From assembly GCA_038212175.1 (NCBI GenBank), contig JBBQUU010000021.1:1969-65968 (forward strand): a stretch of 64,000 bases of DNA, written 5' to 3'. This DNA comes from Opitutales bacterium (lineage in GTDB: Bacteria > Verrucomicrobiota > Verrucomicrobiia > Opitutales > Opitutaceae). This document shows, piece by piece, positions 17,538 to 27,114 of this stretch. Each line of letters begins with the position of its first letter. Positions within the stretch are counted from its first letter, which is position 1. The position numbers and the translations under genes are program-made. Below the pieces are notes generated by a model that saw only the letters and a program-made list of their open reading frames with translations, ran no database searches and was not told the origin of the DNA.

Positions 17538-19373
17538 CTACACCGCTTCGAACAGTGGGATCCGCTTCATGCCCGGCACGGTCACGAGACCCTTGTTCGT
17601 AATACGAACTTCCGGAATCACCGATAGCGGAATCAGGTTAAACCCCATGTACGGGAGCGTGCAGCCCGCCTCCACCCAGGCTCGTTTGAGGGCGGTCGTC
17701 TCCTTCGCCACCGTGCGCGCGCGCAGATCGGAGAGCAGTCCCGCGACGGGAAGCGCGACCTTGGCGCGGACCTTGCCGTCGCGCACGACGCACACGCCCC
17801 CCCGCATCGCCTTGATCGTCGCAAGGGCGAGCCTCAAGTCCGCCTCATTGGTCCCCGCGAGGATGATGTTGTGGGCGTCATGTCCGACCGAACTTCCCAC
17901 CGCCCCGTGTCGCAGCCCAAAGTCCTTGAGCAGGCCATGGGCCACCGCGCCCGACTTCCCGTGGCGCTCCACGATGGTCACGAAACAAAGCCCGTGCGCC
18001 TCCAGCAGTTCCGGCCACGCCTGTCCCGGTTGGGGATTCAGGGCGACCCGGTCGTGAAACAGGATGATGCCGGGAAGGGCGGTGCGGATGACATTCGCTG
18101 TGACCGGGCCATCCGGGAGCGCCGGAGCGAGCGGTTTTTCGCGCCCGAGCCTGATCGTAGTGTAAGCGGTGCGCGGATACTTATACCGACGCTGCAGCGA
18201 CTTTTCGAGCACGGGCGTGATGCGGCGGTTCTTGACCACCAGCTCCCCGCCGTACCACGTGCATTGCGGCTCGAGGTCGTCGTTGAGCAGCACCAGGTCG
18301 GCGCGTCGTCCGGGCGCGATTCCACCGATTTCGCCATCGAGGTGGTAGCGCGTTGCGGGATGCAGCGATCCCAAGCTCCACGCCGTGACCCGTGGAAGAC
18401 CGGCCACCACGGCCTGGCGCGCCACCCAGTCGAGACCGAAAAGGAAGAGGTCGTCCGCATCGCGGTCGTCCGTGCAGACGCACACCCGTTTCGGATTCGC
18501 CCCGAGTTCCGTGACGGCCTTGATGGCCTGCGGCAAGGAATGCCATGGCGTCGTCGGCGGACCGCCGCGCAAAAAGATCCACATGCCGTTTTCGAGAAAG
18601 TCCCCTGCGATTTCGCGGTCGATCGACTCGTGCGTGTCGGTGATGCCGCTCGCCGCTCCCGCCGCCACGAACTCCCGGCCATAAATGTGCCCGCAAACCG
18701 GCCGCCCGCGTTGCAGAGCCGCGGCGAGGATCGCGTGGCTGCGGGGATCGCCCATTGCGACCTGCACGAAATCCATTTTCTCGCCCAAGGCCACCGCCTC
18801 CGGCCAGCGATCGAAGAGCCGGCCGATTTTCTTCGCCGTCAGATCGCCCCCTGCCGTCTCGAATTCGGATGTCGTGGCCGGAACGGTGCTGGGCACGGTC
18901 AGGTAGATCGAGAGCGGCGCCTGCCGCGCGTCCTCCAGCATCCATTCGATGCCCGCCGCATCGCACACGTTGCCGATCTCATGACTGTCGCAGAACACGG
19001 TCGTCGTGCCGTTGAGCAACGCGCCCTCCGCGTAGGCACAGGCGGTCATCATCGAACTCTCGATGTGTACGTGCGGGTCGACCAGGCCCGGGGCAATCAA
19101 CCCGCCTCGAGCGTCAAAGGTCGCCGCTCCGAGGCGCAGCTTTTTTGCCGTGCCAGCGGGTTGCACGACGGCGATGCGCCCGGCCTTGACCCAGACCTCC
19201 CGTCCTTCGTGAATCCGTTCGGTGTAAGTGGACAACACCCGAGCGCCGGTGACAACGAGATCGGGCGCCTCGCGCCCCATGGCCACGGCGGCCAGCGTGC
19301 GGGTGAGCGTGTGGAGAGGGGCAACGGAGAATCGATTCAGGGCCATGCCCAAACGAAGCAGCCCGGATGCCAA
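17538..19373 (-). CDS. ade: Adenine deaminase
   Basis: 611 aa. [35 protein letters not shown]; the two-domain length is typical of Ade. Confidence 0.85.
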   Translation of the reverse strand: MASGLLRLGMALNRFSVAPLHTLTRTLAAVAMGREAPDLVVTGARVLSTYTERIHEGREVWVKAGRIAVVQPAGTAKKLRLGAATFDARGGLIAPGLVDPHVHIESSMMTACAYAEGALLNGTTTVFCDSHEIGNVCDAAGIEWMLEDARQAPLSIYLTVPSTVPATTSEFETAGGDLTAKKIGRLFDRWPEAVALGEKMDFVQVAMGDPRSHAILAAALQRGRPVCGHIYGREFVAAGAASGITDTHESIDREIAGDFLENGMWIFLRGGPPTTPWHSLPQAIKAVTELGANPKRVCVCTDDRDADDLFLFGLDWVARQAVVAGLPRVTAWSLGSLHPATRYHLDGEIGGIAPGRRADLVLLNDDLEPQCTWYGGELVVKNRRITPVLEKSLQRRYKYPRTAYTTIRLGREKPLAPALPDGPVTANVIRTALPGIILFHDRVALNPQPGQAWPELLEAHGLCFVTIVERHGKSGAVAHGLLKDFGLRHGAVGSSVGHDAHNIILAGTNEADLRLALATIKAMRGGVCVVRDGKVRAKVALPVAGLLSDLRARTVAKETTALKRAWVEAGCTLPYMGFNLIPLSVIPEVRITNKGLVTVPGMKRIPLFEAV

Positions 19374-19560
19374 CGGGCCAGCCCGGATGCATCGCGTTCA
19401 GGCTTCCCGTTCGTCGCTGGACTTACCCGTCAAGTCAATCGATCAGGCCCCGAGCATGCCAAGGGGCTCAGTGACCTGCGTGCTCCTGTTCCGCACACTC
19501 CTCGCGGGCCGTGAGGAATTTCAAAAGGAGGTGGAAAGGTCCGTTCCTTGATTCTACTCG

Positions 19561-20583
19561 CTACCCACCACCCGCTACTTTGGTGGGGGCACCGCCGCGC
19601 TCTGAAACATGTCTTGGCAGATTTGGGGGTGCACTATCCAGCTTCCCACCCTGCCCACGGCGCCAGCGCGAAACCAAGCCCTCGCGCGGGGCAAACACCC
19701 AGACAAGTCCGAACAACGTGGAGCCCGCGACCACCATCGCCGCGGCAATCGAACACTCCAGCCAGACACCGAGACTCACGCCGAGAAACGAGCTCACGGC
19801 CGCGTGTGCCACGCTGAGCAGATGGATGACCCAAAGCCTCGTGCTGAGGAACCCGGCCGTGGCCCCGGGCAGGATGAGCATGGCAACGACGAGGATTGCC
19901 CCCACCGACTCAAACGCGCTCACCACCACGAGTGACAACACCGCCATCAAGCCGTGGTGCATCCACGCCGCATTGATGCCGAGCGATCTCGCCAAACCCG
20001 GGTCAAACGCGCTCACCAGCAGTTCCTTGAAAAAGACGCCCAGCAAGACGAGCACGCCCAAAAGCACCGCACCCATGCGCACCACGGGTTCCGGGCCGAG
20101 CATCAGGCCGCCCACGCTCACCATGGGTTCGAGCGGCACGAGCACGATCTCGCCGTAGAGCACGCAGTCCGCGTCGAGGTCGATCTGCCCGGTGTACGCG
20201 ACCGTCAGCACCACGCCGATCGCGAAGAGGGTTGAAAAGGCGATGCCGATCGCCGCGTCCTGCTTCACCCGGCTCTTCTGGTGGATGACGCCGATGATCA
20301 GCGTCGTCACAACACTCGCCGCCAACGCACCGGTGAACATCGGCATCGTGCCGCGACTGCCGGTCAGCAAAAAGGCGATCACCAGGCCGGGGAGCACGCT
20401 GTGGCTGATCGCATCGCCCATCAACGCGAGCCGGCGCAGCATGAGGTAGTTGCCCACCAGCCCGCAGGCGGCGGTCACCAGAAAGCCCATCAAACCCACC
20501 CATCCAAAGAGCGGCAGATTCTCGGTCCATGTGACCACAAACACCTGGTGGGCATCGAACGGCGGAAACAGCGGCTCACTCAT
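19561..20583 (-). CDS. Metal ABC transporter permease (ABC-3 family, TroD/MntD/ZnuB-like)
   Basis: 340 aa polytopic protein. LALMGDAISHSVLPGLVIAF motif. 4-bp overlap with the upstream permease gene. Confidence 0.85.
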   Translation of the reverse strand: MSEPLFPPFDAHQVFVVTWTENLPLFGWVGLMGFLVTAACGLVGNYLMLRRLALMGDAISHSVLPGLVIAFLLTGSRGTMPMFTGALAASVVTTLIIGVIHQKSRVKQDAAIGIAFSTLFAIGVVLTVAYTGQIDLDADCVLYGEIVLVPLEPMVSVGGLMLGPEPVVRMGAVLLGVLVLLGVFFKELLVSAFDPGLARSLGINAAWMHHGLMAVLSLVVVSAFESVGAILVVAMLILPGATAGFLSTRLWVIHLLSVAHAAVSSFLGVSLGVWLECSIAAAMVVAGSTLFGLVWVFAPREGLVSRWRRGQGGKLDSAPPNLPRHVSERGGAPTKVAGGG

Positions 20584-21995
20584 CTCGCCTCCCCTTCCCC
20601 ATCGCCGCGATGAATCTCCCGCGGTCCCGGAATGACCTTACCGTGCGGATCGACCCGCGCGTAGTTCAGCCGGCGCTCCAAGTCCCGCACCACGTTCTCG
20701 CCGAGCACGTGCTCGATGCGCTCGGCGTCCTCGTGCACGTGATCCGCCGCGATGTTGGCGGAATTGGTCAGGTAGAGCTCCCACAGACGGTGGTTGCGCA
20801 CGATCTCGCCCGCGCGGCGGCGTCCCGCCGGGGTAAAATGCAACACCTCGCCATCCCAGGTCGCGAGTCCATGCCTCACCAACTCTTCGCCCTGCCGGCG
20901 GGCGTCGACCGGCGTTTCCTTCCGCCGCAGCGCGATCTCGCCGAGCCCCACGCCGTCGCCGTGGGCCCCGCCGGACTCCTGCACATGGAACATCGCCTTC
21001 AATGTATTCTCGCGCCGGGTACGCGCGGCGCCCGAGCGCTGACGCCACATCCGGGCCACGACCCCGTGACGCGGCCCGAGCAAAAACGCGCCGGCGAACA
21101 CGACGCTCGCCGAAAGCACCATCAACGGCCCGGTGGGAAGACCCGGGCGCAGAAATGACAGGAACGCCCCCAGCACGCCCGCGAACACGCCGAAGGCGGC
21201 GGCGAGCACCAGTAAACGATGCAGCCGGTCGGTCAGCAGGTAGGCCGCCGCCGCCGGGGTGATCAGCATCGCCGACACCAGCACCACACCCACCGCCTGC
21301 AACGCGATGACGATCGACGCCGCCAGCAGCAGCATGAGACCGTGGTGTATCCAGTTTGCTGGCACGCCGCTCGACCGGGCGAAACCCGGGTCAAAACTGG
21401 TCACGAGCAGTTCCTTGTAGAAGGCGATGACGAGACCGGTCACCGCCACCGTGACGATCGCCATCAACGTCAGGTCGTCCGGCCCGATCGCCGCCGCCTG
21501 GCCGAAGAGAAACTTGTCGAGCCCGCTTTTGTTTCCCGTCGGCAGCCGCTGGATCATGGTCACCAGGCAAATGCCAACCGCGAAGAAGGACGCGAGCACG
21601 AGACCAAGGGCCGCGTCTTCCTTGATCCGGGTGGTCCGGGTCAGGGCGCTCACCAACCCCGTGCCCAGCAGCCCCGCAATTGTGGCGCCGACGAAGATCG
21701 CCAGCGGATCCTTTGTCATGTTCCAGAGAAAGCCCAGCGCGACCCCCGGCAGCACCGCGTGCGAGAGCGCATCGCCGACCAGCGCCATCCGGCGCACGAC
21801 CAGAAACCCGCCGAGCAGCCCGCAGCCCAGCCCGAGCAGCACCGAACCGGCAAGCGCATAGCGCACGGACGGATCCTGCAGGCTGAAGAAACGCGCGGCT
21901 TGCTGCGTCCAGTCGGCCGCGGCGGCGGTGTTCGCGATGATCGCGAACATCGTCGCGTAGATCGTAAATCGTGGATAGTGGATGGGGCCGCTCAT
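20580..21995 (-). CDS. Metal ABC permease fused to a C-terminal DtxR/MntR-type repressor domain (YtgC-YtgR-like)
   Basis: ABC-3 permease (MALVGDALSHAVLPGVALGF) followed by ENTLKAMFHVQE..., LTPAGRRRAGEIVRNHRLWELYL and HVHEDAERIEHVL...VDPHGKVIPG. Confidence 0.8.
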   Translation of the reverse strand: MSGPIHYPRFTIYATMFAIIANTAAAADWTQQAARFFSLQDPSVRYALAGSVLLGLGCGLLGGFLVVRRMALVGDALSHAVLPGVALGFLWNMTKDPLAIFVGATIAGLLGTGLVSALTRTTRIKEDAALGLVLASFFAVGICLVTMIQRLPTGNKSGLDKFLFGQAAAIGPDDLTLMAIVTVAVTGLVIAFYKELLVTSFDPGFARSSGVPANWIHHGLMLLLAASIVIALQAVGVVLVSAMLITPAAAAYLLTDRLHRLLVLAAAFGVFAGVLGAFLSFLRPGLPTGPLMVLSASVVFAGAFLLGPRHGVVARMWRQRSGAARTRRENTLKAMFHVQESGGAHGDGVGLGEIALRRKETPVDARRQGEELVRHGLATWDGEVLHFTPAGRRRAGEIVRNHRLWELYLTNSANIAADHVHEDAERIEHVLGENVVRDLERRLNYARVDPHGKVIPGPREIHRGDGEGEAR

Positions 21996-22001
21996 GGTAT
22001 C

Positions 22002-22319
22002 CTACTCTTTCCCGCAAAATTTTCCCGCCGGCGTGTTCATGCTTCCCAGCATTGCCCCGATGTGCTGCCACGCGTCGTCGCACCGTCGATGCGCCGCGGC
22101 CAGGCGGAAGAGAATAGAAGGTAGAACACCTTCGTAACGGCGGCGCGCCCATGCTTCACCGATCATAGCCGTCACGGCGCGCGACGAACGTCGGATCTGA
22201 TCCACCAGCGAATACCGCTCCTCGGCCGGAAACCTCACCGTGATCTTAAAAACCCGCCGAGCCTCACTCCGGGCACGCTGGTAGGTTTTGAGCTCTCTGA
22301 ATGACATGATCTTTGCCAT
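22002..22319 (-). CDS. Four-helix-bundle protein (23S rRNA intervening-sequence protein family)
   Basis: FRELKTYQRARSEARRVFKITVRFPAEERYSLVDQIRRSSRAVTAMIGEAWARR matches the family signature. It sits between the ATPase and permease genes of the metal operon. Confidence 0.75.
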   Translation of the reverse strand: MAKIMSFRELKTYQRARSEARRVFKITVRFPAEERYSLVDQIRRSSRAVTAMIGEAWARRRYEGVLPSILFRLAAAHRRCDDAWQHIGAMLGSMNTPAGKFCGKE

Positions 22320-22355
22320 GAATTTTTTCCGGTTCTATCCTCCATCCTCTACCCG

Positions 22356-23129
22356 CTACTCGCGCCTATCCTCCCCCGCCCCGAGCGCCTGCGCCACTTC
22401 CGAAAGAATCGTCAGCCGCCCCCCGTAGGTCTTCTGCAGCAACTCCGCGGTGTACACGTCCTTGGTCGGCCCAAACGCCACCACGTGCATGTTCAAGAGA
22501 AGCAGCATGTCGAAATACTGTCGCGCGGTCGGCAGGTCGTGGTGCACGACCAGGATCGTCTTCCCGCGGTCGCGCAATTCCCGCAGCACGGTAATGATCG
22601 CCGCCTCGGTCGCGGCATCGACCCCGGAGAAGGGTTCGTCCATGAAATAAAGGTCGGCCTCCTGCGCGAGCGCGCGCGCAAGGAAGACCCGTTGTTGCTG
22701 CCCGCCGGAGAGATTCGAAATCTGACGATCAGCCATGGGAAGGAGATTCACTTTCTCCAAACAGGCACGCGCCACGTCGCGATCGTCGCGGCCGGGCCGG
22801 CGGAGCAGTCCGAGGCGTCCGTAGCGTCCCATGAGCACCACATCCCTGACACTCACCGGAAAATCCCAGTCGACCGATTCCCGCTGCGGCACATAGCCGA
22901 CGCGCGTGGGCACCTCGCGAAACGGTCGTCCGAAAACCTTCACCCACCCGCTGTGCAAGGGCAGCAGCCCCATGCAGGCCTTGATCAGCGTCGACTTGCC
23001 CGCGCCGTTCGGACCGACAATCCCGATCAGCTGGCCTTGCGGGATCGCCAAGTCGATGCCCCACAGCACCGGCTTCTTGTGATAGGCGACGGTCAGGTCG
23101 TGGACTTCGAGCGGAGGAGCGCTGCTCAT
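22356..23129 (-). CDS. Metal ABC transporter ATP-binding protein (TroB/ZnuC/MntB-like)
   Basis: Walker [10 protein letters not shown], signature LSGGQQQR, Walker B LYFMDEP. Confidence 0.9.
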   Translation of the reverse strand: MSSAPPLEVHDLTVAYHKKPVLWGIDLAIPQGQLIGIVGPNGAGKSTLIKACMGLLPLHSGWVKVFGRPFREVPTRVGYVPQRESVDWDFPVSVRDVVLMGRYGRLGLLRRPGRDDRDVARACLEKVNLLPMADRQISNLSGGQQQRVFLARALAQEADLYFMDEPFSGVDAATEAAIITVLRELRDRGKTILVVHHDLPTARQYFDMLLLLNMHVVAFGPTKDVYTAELLQKTYGGRLTILSEVAQALGAGEDRRE

Positions 23130-23135
23130 GTGTTA

Positions 23136-23936
23136 TCAATACCGATAAGCCAACCCGGCAAAAAGGGTCAAATCGTCGGCGGCGCGCGTCACCCCCACGT
23201 TCGCGCCTACGTCGAGCTGAAGGTTGTCGCCGAGACCGTACGTCGCTCCGGTATTCAACGTGATCCCCGGTTTGCCGTCGCCCACCTCACAGGTGATCTC
23301 CGTGAAAACGCCCAACCGTTCACCCAGTGACCGGCTGATCGTGGCAGTGAACAAAGCGAAAGTCAGATAACGGGTGTTGTCCGCGTTACGCGCAACAGCG
23401 ACGTCCGTCATGGCGCCAAAACCCCACGTTTCCGAAATCTCATAGGCAAAGGGAAGGATGATCCCACCCTCGACCTTGTCGTTGCCCAGATCCCTGGCCG
23501 CCGTTGGAAGCTTGAGGTAAGGCATGATACCCACGCCAAGTCGTCCCTCATCGTTGCCTCGAAAATTCGCTTTGAAGCGAAGCGTCAGATCTCCGAGTCC
23601 GCGGGTACTCGTCGTCGCGACCGAGGAACGATCCCTGACCTCCTCTCTGACGTAGCCGTCGTGGACGATCTGCAGTTCCGTTCGCGCGGAGAGGCCGAGC
23701 CGCACATTGAAGGGTGCCAGGTTCCATGTCTCGGTGCGGGTTCCATCCTGATCCGGGGTGTGCGCATCTCGCGTCCACTGCGCAGCGCTTACTTCGAGCT
23801 GAACCCGTTGCGGCTCGACCGTGAACGGGCTCTCGGTCGCATCCGGCCGATCCGTGGTGAGAGGACGAGCGGCCTCGGACACAACGGCGGAAAGAGCAGC
23901 GAGCCCCATTGAAACCCACATGCCACAACGTTTCAT
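23136..23936 (-). CDS. Outer-membrane beta-barrel protein (MetA-pathway/transporter-like family)
   Basis: Signal peptide MKRCGMWVSMGLAALSAVVSEA, then TDRPDATESP. Alternating beta-strand pattern and aromatic C-terminus LAYRY. Confidence 0.6.
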   Translation of the reverse strand: MKRCGMWVSMGLAALSAVVSEAARPLTTDRPDATESPFTVEPQRVQLEVSAAQWTRDAHTPDQDGTRTETWNLAPFNVRLGLSARTELQIVHDGYVREEVRDRSSVATTSTRGLGDLTLRFKANFRGNDEGRLGVGIMPYLKLPTAARDLGNDKVEGGIILPFAYEISETWGFGAMTDVAVARNADNTRYLTFALFTATISRSLGERLGVFTEITCEVGDGKPGITLNTGATYGLGDNLQLDVGANVGVTRAADDLTLFAGLAYRY

Positions 23937-24850
23937 TTCAGTGCCTCCACGATGGTTGTAAGATTGTGTTTCACCATGCCTTCGTAGGTGCCGAGATCAT
24001 AACCATTCTCCATCTGGCCGGGGGTGCCCATGGCGTCGGAGAAGAGTTCGCCGCCGACGCGCACGCCGGCGTCCTGCGCGAGACGGTTGATGGTGTCGGG
24101 CGCCACGCTGGACTCGACGAAGATCGCCTTCACGCGCCGGGCCCGGATGAAGTCGACGAGGCGCGTCATGTCCGCCAACCCCGCTTCGCTCACGGTCGAG
24201 ATCCCCTGCAACCCGACCACCTCAAACCCGTAGGCGCGCCCGAAATAGTTGTAAGCATCGTGGCTCGTCACCAGCACACGCCGTTCCGCCGGCAGTTCGC
24301 CCGCCTTCGCGAGCGCCCACGCCTGGAGGTCGGCCAGTCTCCCACGCACCGCACGTCCCCGCTGCTCGTAGTGGGTCCGGTGAGTCGGATCCGCCGCCAC
24401 CAGACCCTCCACAATCGTTTCCACACACCGCGACCATAACGCGACATCGAACCACACGTGCGGATCGTAGTGGCCTTCGTAGCCTTCGGGTTCGAGCAGC
24501 ACCTCCGGCGGAATGGACTCCGCCAGCGCGTAAACATGACGTTTCGTCCGGGCCATCTTGGTGAAGAGGTCGGCGAGACGCCCTTCCAGCATGAGCCCGT
24601 TGTAGAAGATGACGTCGGCGCGCTGCAGTTTGATCACGTCGGACGCCGTCGCCTTGTAGAGATGCGGATCGACGCCCGGCCCCATCAGGCCCTCGACCTG
24701 CGCCTGCTCCCCCGCCACCTGGCGCACCAGATCGGCCACCATCGAGGTCGTCGCCACCACCCGCAAGGGCGCCGCTCCGGCCCCGGACGCCACCGCCAGC
24801 GTGATTCCCCACCCCGCCAACCCCATGAGAAGAAAGCCTCTTCGTTTCAT
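23933..24850 (-). CDS. Metal ABC transporter substrate-binding protein (TroA/ZnuA/MntC cluster)
   Basis: Start taken at MKRRGFLLMGLAG (ATG 24850). VVATTSMVADLV, DPHLYKAT, DPHVWFDV, VTSHDAYNYFGRAYG. Confidence 0.85.
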   Translation of the reverse strand: MKRRGFLLMGLAGWGITLAVASGAGAAPLRVVATTSMVADLVRQVAGEQAQVEGLMGPGVDPHLYKATASDVIKLQRADVIFYNGLMLEGRLADLFTKMARTKRHVYALAESIPPEVLLEPEGYEGHYDPHVWFDVALWSRCVETIVEGLVAADPTHRTHYEQRGRAVRGRLADLQAWALAKAGELPAERRVLVTSHDAYNYFGRAYGFEVVGLQGISTVSEAGLADMTRLVDFIRARRVKAIFVESSVAPDTINRLAQDAGVRVGGELFSDAMGTPGQMENGYDLGTYEGMVKHNLTTIVEALK

Positions 24851-24893
24851 ATTCCTCGAACAAAGGCGGGGAGACATTAATGTCAAAGAATAA

Positions 24894-24911
24894 AATTAGG
24901 TATGGCTAATT
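24894..24911. promoter_or_regulatory. Candidate DtxR-family operator in an AT-rich promoter region
   Basis: AATTAG-GTATGG-CTAATT inverted repeat. The overlapping TTAGGTATGGCTAATTAA resembles the DtxR consensus TWAGGTTAGSCTAACCTWA. It lies ~45 nt upstream of the SBP start. Confidence 0.35.
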
Positions 24912-25037
24912 AAATAACCCAACTAGCTTATTTATTGTGTCTTAACGGCCTCGAATTACACGGCATTGCGAACGCCGGTGGCGGAATTCGCTCAGCGTCG
25001 CTCTCACCGCTGCGAGGCAACAGACCACCAGGATTGA

Positions 25038-25186
25038 TCTCTGCGATCTCTGCGACCTCTTAACAAACAGCCACTGTTTCTTCTGGTCGGAGCCAAAACT
25101 TGTTTTGGGTTGGGCTCCTGTGAAAACGGATTGGGTCCGATGATCGAGACAGGCGTTCCAGCAGGTTTACAGGAGGACGCAGAGAG
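25038..25186. repeat. Family-B repeat pair (reverse copy 25038-25065, forward copy 25166-25186)
   Basis: tctctgcgatctctgcgacctcttaac ... tttacaggaggacgcagagag. Inner segment 25133-25173 resembles the reverse complement of 9026-9068. Confidence 0.6.
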
Positions 25187-25309
25187 TGGCATGCAGGGCT
25201 GACCACCCGGTCAGGTTTACCCGCCTCTGGCGGCGCCCGCGGCTACAGCTTACGGCGGCAACTGACCGCGGCCGCAACGTCCGGGAGCGGGCCGTCGTGC
25301 CGGTAAGAA

Positions 25310-25905
25310 TGTCGGCGGGTCCCCGCGAAGCTCGTCGCCACCCTGGTCGGCAAACCCTTTACCGTCACCGGCTACGCTCTCGTGGTCACGAGGTCGCGGA
25401 TCGAGCAGATGGCGGCACCAACGGCGCCCCTCTCGCCCGTATCGTCCTCGAGGACTACACCTTCACCCTCATTAACAACGTGCCCGGCATCCCCCAAGTG
25501 CAGCTTACGGATCGCCTCAATGCCACTGCTAAAGCCCTCGCCCTCCTCACCCCCGACGCCGCCCACTTCTCCGGCAACCTTGCCGACCGCCTCGTCATCG
25601 TCTCCGACGGCATGCTGAGTTTCTTCGCCCGCACCGCCTGCGAGATCGCCCAGCACGTCCGCATCAACGACGCCACTGGCACCGCCTCCGAAGGCGGTCT
25701 CTTCAACCAAGAAAACGTCCCCGCCGACACCCTCTTCTACGCCGTCCTGCACGCCACCCCGGCCCGCTCCGACCACCATCGCGACAAGACTCGCGCCGCT
25801 CAACACACACCCGAAGCCGCCTTCACCGCCCTCACCACCGTCGTCCACACCATCCAAATCGGCGGCGACGCCACCACCGGTTTGCGGCTACTGCACCGCC
25901 CACCT
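25310..25905 (+). pseudogene. cmr4: Type III-B RAMP protein Cmr4 remnant (N-terminus missing, frameshift near 25420, 3-prime end truncated)
   Basis: RLVIVSDGMLSFFARTACEIAQHVRINDATGTASEGGLFNQENVPADTLFYAVLHATPA and IQIGGDATTG parallel, from memory, P. furiosus Cmr4 [59 protein letters not shown] and LQIGGNETVGKG. An upstream piece in another frame reads TGYALVVTRSRIEQM. Confidence 0.7.
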
Positions 25906-25921
25906 CTCGCCTGCCTAAACC

Positions 25922-25956
25922 TTGACTGCCCACAATATCTAGCTAACGTAGCTAAC
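25922..25956 (+). promoter_or_regulatory. vapBC-1 promoter/operator: TTGACT-N12-TAGCTAAC-G-TAGCTAAC
   Basis: A -35-like TTGACT (25922-25927) and tandem octamers at 25940-25947 and 25949-25956 lie directly before ATG 25958. Confidence 0.4.
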
Positions 25957-25957
25957 T

Positions 25958-26206
25958 ATGATCACCGTCAACATGCACGAGGCCAAAACCCGCCTCTCCG
26001 CCTTGGTCGAAGCTGCCGAACAAGGTGAAATCGTCATCCTCTGCCGCCACGGCCAACCCGTCGTGCGCCTCACCCCCGAACGCGCCTCCGCACCGCTCGA
26101 CCGCACCTCTCTCCCGCCCAACCCGAAACTGCAAGGCACCCACGCCCCCGGCTTCGATCCCGCCGAGCCCCTCAGCGAAGACGAATGGCCCGCCGAGCTC
26201 CAATGA
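25958..26206 (+). CDS. Phd/YefM-type antitoxin (VapB-1)
   Basis: MITVNMHEAKTRLSALVEAAEQGEIVILCRHGQPVVRLTP is a classic Phd/YefM N-terminus. ATGA overlap with the toxin gene. Confidence 0.8.
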   Translation: MITVNMHEAKTRLSALVEAAEQGEIVILCRHGQPVVRLTPERASAPLDRTSLPPNPKLQGTHAPGFDPAEPLSEDEWPAELQ

Positions 26207-26589
26207 ACCCCCTTCTCGATACCTGCGCCCTGCTTGGCCTCGCCCGCCTCGGCAGCCCCCTCCCCCGGCCTGCCGCCCGCGCCATTAAAACCGCATCCGA
26301 GCTCTACGTTTCTCCCATCTCCGCCTGGGAAATCGCGATCAAGCAAGCCGCTGGCAAACTCCACCTGCCCGGCCCCGCTCACGCCTGGTTCACCGAAGCC
26401 TGCCGCTACTACCACCTCACCGTCATTCCCCTCGACGCCGCCGTCCTCTGCGCCGGTGCCGCCCTCCCGCTCCTCCACCGCGACCCCTTCGACCGCGTGC
26501 TCATTGCCCTCGCCCACACCCACCACCTTCCGCTGGTCACCTCCGATAAAATCATCCCCACCTATCCGGGCCTCACCGTGCTTTGGTAA
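26203..26589 (+). CDS. vapC: PIN-domain toxin VapC-1
   Basis: MNPLLDTCALLGLA..., SPISAWEIAIK, HRDPFDRVLIALA, LVTSDK (PIN acidic residues). Confidence 0.85.
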   Translation: MNPLLDTCALLGLARLGSPLPRPAARAIKTASELYVSPISAWEIAIKQAAGKLHLPGPAHAWFTEACRYYHLTVIPLDAAVLCAGAALPLLHRDPFDRVLIALAHTHHLPLVTSDKIIPTYPGLTVLW

Positions 26590-26697
26590 CCCGCCCCACC
26601 CGCCACCATGCAAAACCTCGACCAGCGCAGTACGACGAATGGATCAGCTCGCGCGACGAGCCCGCCCCACCCGCCACCATGCAAAACCTCGACCAGC
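26590..26697 (+). repeat. Two identical 37-bp direct repeats separated by a unique 34-bp segment
   Basis: cccgccccacccgccaccatgcaaaacctcgaccagc at 26590-26626 and 26661-26697. Spacer gcagtacgacgaatggatcagctcgcgcgacgag. Confidence 0.9.
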
Positions 26698-27114
26698 TCC
26701 GCGCCGCCCACGCCGTATCCACCGCCGAGCTTCCCGGCCGCGATCAAGGCCCCAAAGCGCGGGCTTCAAAATTGAGCGACGCACGGAGACCAAGGGCGAC
26801 TTTGCCCAACTCGCGAAGGACATCGGCAACCTTGTAAAAGGCACACGCAAAAAAGAGGGATTTCTCATCATCCAGAAAAAGGGAATCTCCACTCCATCTC
26901 CCTTTGGTGCATCCGAATCCCGCCAGACCAGCGCCGTCTATCTTCGACCTATTCGATCCGCGCCCAACCAGCTCGGGCTTATTGTTTTCGAAGTCCCTCA
27001 ATCGAGGGTATTGGGTATGGAATCGCGAACCCACAAACCAATCGTCGACCAGTCTCCATCACGCCTCATTCTACCCGAACGCCATCGTTATCCCCGCTCA
27101 GCCTCGCACCACCC

